Source: a virus | Lineage: Duplodnaviria; Caudoviricetes | DNA: 30,224 nt | Strand: one strand, 5' to 3' | IMG/VR virus record: IMGVR_UViG_3300023105_000124 | Span: 1-30,224 of that record | Translations under genes and position numbers: made by a program | The notes under the pieces: generated by a model | Told to the model about the DNA's origin: nothing | Database searches by the model: none | The model's input: the letters and a program-made list of their open reading frames with translations, nothing else | Shown here: in pieces, positions 25,556 through 30,224 of the stretch | How the letters are laid out: the number at the start of each line of letters is the position of its first letter | Numbering within the stretch: position 1 is the stretch's first letter

Positions 25556-26619
25556 TGAAAGCTACTGAATTTTTAGCAGAAGATATAACAACAGTTGAAA
25601 AGGTGCCTGGTGGTTTTCAAATATTTGGACCTGACGGTAAAGCTGTATCTGATAAAATTTACAAAAATAGAGCATTAGCTAATCAAGATAGAATAAAGAT
25701 TGATGCTGATTTAAGAACACAAGCAACTACTACTTCTAGTAACACCAAACCTGATCCTGATAACACTTCAACTGCTACAGACACAGATAGAAATAAGCCA
25801 GCTGATAAAGAGCCAAAAAAACCTAATAAAATTCAGAGACTATTACGTCTTGGTTATCGAATAGTAGCAGGGCCAGGGCACTTTTTCCAAAGACTTGTAG
25901 CACTTGGTTTTTTTCAAGGGTGGTTAATACGATTTATAGCGTATGTTACACAAACTAGTTTTTCAGGTGTTGTTAAATATCCCAACTCGAGACTAGGTAA
26001 AGATATAGTGCCTGTAAGAGATTATAAACGTAGAGATTGGTATGAGGATCCTTATATTGATTATTATCTAGATAATCCAGATAGAATTAATACTTTCACT
26101 GGTCAACTTTATTTAGAAATAAAAACCTATCTGTATACTTGGTTAATCATGATGGCTGGCGGTGCAAGAGTAACTAAATTTATAAGTAGAATATTGTTAA
26201 GAATATCTGGACTAGGTGGTCCGGGAGGTCGATTAGTAGGAATAGCTCAGTTTGTAGTTGGCGCAGCTGGTTACATTGCAGTAAGAACAGCAGTTCAAAA
26301 TTATGCCACATGGAGTGATCCAGTAGCAAAATATCTTGCAAAATGGATTATGAATCGCTTACTAAGAAAAAAAACACTTAGTCAATTTGCAAGAGTTGCA
26401 GGGATCCAAGTTGCTAGTATAGAAGGCATGGGAGAAGATGATAGCATCCTTTCACAAGAAGAAGTTGCATCGTTAGAAATTACATGGAGTGAATTTGTTA
26501 AAGTAGCAGCAGACGAAATACGTTCTAATCCAGACGAATATGCAGTAGAATATCAAGCTTTAAAAGCATGGGAAAGACAGCAAGTAATGCAGCACTACCA
26601 AGATACTAATTCTGTTTAG
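25555..26619 (+). CDS. Hypothetical membrane protein, candidate internal head (ejected) protein
   Basis: 354 aa, TAATG-coupled. Starts MKATEFLAE, has a T/D/P-rich linker and hydrophobic segments LVALGFFQGWLIRFIAYV and LVGIAQFVVGAAGYIAV. Confidence 0.75.
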   Translation: MKATEFLAEDITTVEKVPGGFQIFGPDGKAVSDKIYKNRALANQDRIKIDADLRTQATTTSSNTKPDPDNTSTATDTDRNKPADKEPKKPNKIQRLLRLGYRIVAGPGHFFQRLVALGFFQGWLIRFIAYVTQTSFSGVVKYPNSRLGKDIVPVRDYKRRDWYEDPYIDYYLDNPDRINTFTGQLYLEIKTYLYTWLIMMAGGARVTKFISRILLRISGLGGPGGRLVGIAQFVVGAAGYIAVRTAVQNYATWSDPVAKYLAKWIMNRLLRKKTLSQFARVAGIQVASIEGMGEDDSILSQEEVASLEITWSEFVKVAADEIRSNPDEYAVEYQALKAWERQQVMQHYQDTNSV

Positions 26620-26849
26620 ATAAAAGGTAATTTTGTTTCTTTTGTAATATCCATATTTTCTTTTATTATATCATTAAATATTGTTAAATCTTCGCTAGAT
26701 ATTACATGCATAGCATCAGTATAAGTTATAAAACCTCGCATAAACCAGCCTATTTTATAAACATTATATTTTAATTCTTTTATTTGATTTTCATATTTTT
26801 TAATCAATTCTTGTAACTCAGAATCAGAGAGTCTTAAGATGTACGATCG
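26616..26849 (-). CDS. Small tail/baseplate assembly chaperone domain, probably the -1 frameshift extension of the gp26-like gene (ORF track starts at TTG 26807)
   Basis: The frame is open from 26864 and overlaps the gp26 end; from 26849 it reads RSYILRLSDSELQELIKKYENQ...IGWFMRGFITY.... It has only a TTG start with no clear SD. Confidence 0.65.
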   Translation of the reverse strand, partial: RSYILRLSDSELQELIKKYENQIKELKYNVYKIGWFMRGFITYTDAMHVISSEDLTIFNDIIKENMDITKETKLPFI

Positions 26850-27679
26850 AAAAAAGCCGAGTAATCACTATTGTATTTTACAGAAAAAATATGTTCGCAT
26901 TCTTCGTTTTCACATTGAATATTTTGCTCAGGATAATTAATTGATTCTGTATATTTTTGAATATGGGCACTGTAACTTTTTAAAATTTTACTGTCATTGT
27001 TTTTAATAAACTCAAATATTTTATTATTATCATTTTCTTCTTCGGATGAATTTATTTCTTCGATATTTTTTATATACCTAATTAAAGTTTTTAAATTTTC
27101 ATTAGTTAACATGTTGTTAAGTTCAGCTAGTTTAGACATTTTTTCATCTTCGGATAAATCAGAAGTTGTTATTTGATATAATTGACGTTGCACACTATAG
27201 GAAGCTAAACCTAATTCGGTAAGATTTTTATAATTTACTGGAGCAAGTGTAATTTTAAAGTTGTCAATTTCAAAGTCATAATGATGTTCTATGCTATCAT
27301 AAAAATTTAAAATATTTTGTAATTCTAATTCTACATGACTTTCAGTACTGCATTTAGGACATGTTGTACTAATTGTTGTTTTATCGCCTATTGAAGCTAT
27401 TTTGATAGCAGTTAATATATATTCAAGATCTGTTTTAATTAATGACCATGGTGTGGTAATTAGCGGAACACAACTTTTAATCACATCAGCAACTGCATGT
27501 CCTGAAAACAAAGCATCAGGAGTCTTTGTTGTTATCTCGTCAGCAGTGGTCATGGCAAATACAGGTATGTGCACAAATTGATTGTCTTCAATAACTCCGT
27601 CTTTGTAGTACTTGCCACTAGACGGAAGGTCAATATACAGCTTAGGTTGTCGACTGTGTTTGTTTAGAAATGTAGACAT
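26834..27679 (-). CDS. gp26: Baseplate hub assembly protein, T4 gp26-like
   Basis: YIDLPSSG, MTTADEI, DLEYILTAIKIASIG, CPKC, a second C-x4-C near the end and a terminal AFF match the gp26-type pattern. Confidence 0.82.
   Translation of the reverse strand: MSTFLNKHSRQPKLYIDLPSSGKYYKDGVIEDNQFVHIPVFAMTTADEITTKTPDALFSGHAVADVIKSCVPLITTPWSLIKTDLEYILTAIKIASIGDKTTISTTCPKCSTESHVELELQNILNFYDSIEHHYDFEIDNFKITLAPVNYKNLTELGLASYSVQRQLYQITTSDLSEDEKMSKLAELNNMLTNENLKTLIRYIKNIEEINSSEEENDNNKIFEFIKNNDSKILKSYSAHIQKYTESINYPEQNIQCENEECEHIFSVKYNSDYSAFFDRTS
26849..26855 (-). other. Candidate -1 ribosomal slippery heptamer U-UUU-UUC
   Basis: gp26 frame GCT TTT TTC GAT CGT ACA TCT TAA. The heptamer is in X-XXY-YYZ phase, and the -1 frame is that of the downstream ORF. 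Confidence 0.65.
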
Positions 27680-27690
27680 ATTTTATCCAA

Positions 27691-27709
27691 CTAAATATAT
27701 TATATTTAA
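27691..27709. promoter_or_regulatory. Two overlapping, oppositely oriented late promoter cores forming a palindrome
   Basis: CTAAATA on + (27691-27697) and TTAAATA on - (27709-27703). TAAATATA-T-TATATTTA is an 8-bp inverted repeat in the 56-nt gap between divergent genes. Confidence 0.65.
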
Positions 27710-27735
27710 CCTTGTAAAACATATGGAAAAAAATA

Positions 27736-29901
27736 ATGGATGAAGAACTACTAAGGCAGCTAACCGAAGCAATTACTACCCTTAATTCAGCTTTAGGTGT
27801 TTCTAGTGATGGTTTATATACGTTTAATAGTGCTACAGCCGGTGCAACAACTTCAATTAATCAATTACAAGATGCTAATTTAAGTTTAGTTAATAAAACG
27901 ATCGGAGCTATACAGACTGCTTCTACAATATTAAATACAGCAAATAGAGCAGCTAGTAATGCACAAGGTTCAATAGAAGCAATGGCTGGTTTAGATCCAA
28001 CTGGACTTGCTAACATAGGAACTGCACCAGCTCTATTAGCTGAACAACAGCTAACAGTCTCGCAACAACTTGCACAGCAAGGAACTATGTTTACAAATAT
28101 AGAGCAATTGTTTAGAGATCAAGCTAATTTAAATATTACAAACCAACAACTGCAACAAATAGGATCAAATCCAGATATACTTAGAGCACAAGGAGGACTA
28201 GCTACTGATGTTTTAGGTAATATGGCACTGTTTAAACAAGCAGTTGAAAATATTCCGGAAGCAGGCGAAGATGGCCAGTTAATTGACGGTAGTCGAAATC
28301 TAGTGCAAGAAATGGATGCATTAGGTTTTAACACTTCTCAACTATCTGAAATGTTTATTCAATTAGGCAGTGTATTAGGACCATCCGTAGCAGTAGATTT
28401 AAAAGAATTACTAGATGAAAATAACCAGTCTACGCCGGAAAGTAGACAAGCTGTTCTTGATTTTATAAGCGTACAAGAAGACCTAATTACAAATATGGTA
28501 GAGCTTTCGCAAACTACTGGCATGTCTGTAGATGAACAAGTAAAGGCAACAAAGGCAATAGCAGAAACACCGGGTATGTTATCTCAACAACTTAGAAATA
28601 TTAACAACCCGCAATTTAATCAAAATCTTACAAGGTTTGCAACTACTTTACAAGCAATCGGAGCATCAGATCTAGGCGAAGGATTTATAAGCGGGTTAGG
28701 TCTACCTATCGGTAATGAAATAGAAGCGGCCTTGAAACCACAATCATTTGCAATGATGCAACAAATTAGCCAAATGATTGCATCAGGTGCAGATCCTGAG
28801 GAAATTAGAGCTGCTGAACGGCAATTACAGCAAATTTATAATCAAGAAACTACTAATCTAGTAGGAGAACTAGGTGCATTCGCGGGTGTATTGGGTGAAG
28901 AATTTGGGTTTTTATCTAGAGATTCCCAAAACTTGAGAGCATCAATTCTTCAAACAGGAGCAGATCCTAATGCCACAGCAGCAAACCAAGCAGCAGCACA
29001 AGATGTAATGAATGCTAGAATGGATGATGAAATTATAGGTACATTAACTGAAACTAGACAAAAAATTGCAGGACAAACAGAACAACTTGTTAATGCACAA
29101 GCAGATATAGTTGCAAATTTAGGACTTGTAAGTGTAGCTGCTGGAACAATTGGCGCAGCAGCTGAAACTTTAGCAAACAGTATAGAATTGCTGCGTCCTG
29201 ATTCTGAAGCAACAGACATAAGAGCAGAGCAAATAAATGCTGCTGTCGAAAGTATAGTAGCAGAAATAAAAACCGGCACATTTACATTTAAAAGTGACCC
29301 TGAAAGGCAAATTACAAGCTCAGAGCAAGTTATGTTAGATGATTTTGTAAAATTATACGATTTACAACAAGCAGGAATTGAATTAACTGAGGGGCAGCAG
29401 CAAGTATTGAATGATATACTACAAGCGCTTAGGTCAGAAACAGGTAAGCGAATATTAGACGCACAATTAAATGGTACACCGGCAGACCTTTCAGAGCAAT
29501 CGGGATTTAACTTTAGTGCAGCACCTAACGCAGTAAGAGACGCTTTAGGCAATTTAGTAGAGGGTGCAGGCACTTTAGTTGAGGGTGTATTAGGCGGAAA
29601 TGACGACACAGATATATCCCGCCGACGTCGACTTCAAACAAGAGACGGAGCTTATTTTAAATCTGATGCTGATTTAGGTTTAGAAAGCACTATTGGCTCA
29701 AAAGACGAAGGCGGAGTGCCACAAATGTTGATTGATAACTTTCAAACTTTTATAACTGAGCTAAGAAACATTAAATTAGCAATCGATAGCGGAGCTGATC
29801 GTCAAGCAGGTGCTACAACACAAGCTGCTATAACAACTTCATATTCTAACCAAAACCTCCAAAAAGAAGTACAATTAAACAGTTTAACTGGAGTAAATTA
29901 A
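27736..29901 (+). CDS. Tape-measure-like protein (T4 gp29 analogue)
   Basis: 721 aa, rich in A/Q/L/G, with no Cys, Trp or His seen and a helical character. Adjacent to the gp26-like chaperone gene, with a late promoter core upstream. Assignment is by composition and context. Confidence 0.55.
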   Translation: MDEELLRQLTEAITTLNSALGVSSDGLYTFNSATAGATTSINQLQDANLSLVNKTIGAIQTASTILNTANRAASNAQGSIEAMAGLDPTGLANIGTAPALLAEQQLTVSQQLAQQGTMFTNIEQLFRDQANLNITNQQLQQIGSNPDILRAQGGLATDVLGNMALFKQAVENIPEAGEDGQLIDGSRNLVQEMDALGFNTSQLSEMFIQLGSVLGPSVAVDLKELLDENNQSTPESRQAVLDFISVQEDLITNMVELSQTTGMSVDEQVKATKAIAETPGMLSQQLRNINNPQFNQNLTRFATTLQAIGASDLGEGFISGLGLPIGNEIEAALKPQSFAMMQQISQMIASGADPEEIRAAERQLQQIYNQETTNLVGELGAFAGVLGEEFGFLSRDSQNLRASILQTGADPNATAANQAAAQDVMNARMDDEIIGTLTETRQKIAGQTEQLVNAQADIVANLGLVSVAAGTIGAAAETLANSIELLRPDSEATDIRAEQINAAVESIVAEIKTGTFTFKSDPERQITSSEQVMLDDFVKLYDLQQAGIELTEGQQQVLNDILQALRSETGKRILDAQLNGTPADLSEQSGFNFSAAPNAVRDALGNLVEGAGTLVEGVLGGNDDTDISRRRRLQTRDGAYFKSDADLGLESTIGSKDEGGVPQMLIDNFQTFITELRNIKLAIDSGADRQAGATTQAAITTSYSNQNLQKEVQLNSLTGVN

Positions 29902-29903
29902 AT

Positions 29904-30224
29904 TCAATGAATTGTGATTAATTCTTCGTCGTCATACTCTTCATCAGTGTATGCACCTGATTCTAATTCTTCCATAGCTGTAGTTAAGCTACTGTCATAT
30001 TTTTGATAAGAATCAGCAAATCTTATATCTGTTTCTGCAGATAAAAATACTTTGTCTTTTTCAATACAGATAGGCTTAGTAATGTCTATAGAATAAATCC
30101 AAGGTACAAGACTAATACTACCGGCTTCGGCTGATTCTATCATAGTAACAGGACGTAAAATTGTAATTTCATATTCGTCTTGTGATATAACATCACCTAT
30201 GATTTCTTCGCCAGTTATCAATTT
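29904..30224 (-). CDS. Sm/Lsm-like fold phage protein (5' partial)
   Basis: The frame is open to the window edge: KLITGEEIIGDV...ITILRPVTM...SLVPWI...ICIEKDKV, a pattern common in T4-like phage Sm-like proteins. Acidic tail. Confidence 0.65.
   Translation of the reverse strand, partial: KLITGEEIIGDVISQDEYEITILRPVTMIESAEAGSISLVPWIYSIDITKPICIEKDKVFLSAETDIRFADSYQKYDSSLTTAMEELESGAYTDEEYDDEELITIH

Noticed and set aside
28119-29609. Antisense ORFs of 71, 219 and 63 aa
   Set aside because: Shadows of the low-complexity tape-measure-like gene.
1-30224. Stop-codon reassignment as seen in some large phages
   Set aside because: Genes are full length in the standard code, and TAA, TAG and TGA all end genes at sensible positions.

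Overview
AT-rich segment of a large T4-like (probably jumbo) myophage genome, read in the standard code. The left 18.6 kb is a minus-strand, translationally coupled baseplate operon: gp48/54-like, gp53-like, gp27-like hub, gp5-like spike, gp25, gp6, and a >3000-aa gp7-like wedge protein whose frame shifts near 333 and runs off the window. A divergent plus-strand block encodes gp55 late sigma, gp47, an inserted minimal SDR, gp46, a small basic Hc1-like protein and a catalytic-domain-only GIY-YIG nuclease. The most unusual locus is 22.9-24.1 kb: 12 same-strand AGGCA motifs overlie the Hc1-like and GIY-YIG genes, followed by a ~350-nt hairpin-tiled noncoding region (candidate unnamed structured RNA), an A-tract segment and GNA-loop mini-hairpins. 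This is a candidate nuclease-RNA module and/or replication origin. Further right are two late membrane proteins with T4 capsid-targeting-like N-termini, a gp26-like gene with a U-UUU-UUC -1 slippery site leading into the next ORF (lambda G/GT-like), a tape-measure-like gene and a partial Sm-like gene. All family assignments come from manual motif recognition; no searches or folding programs were run.
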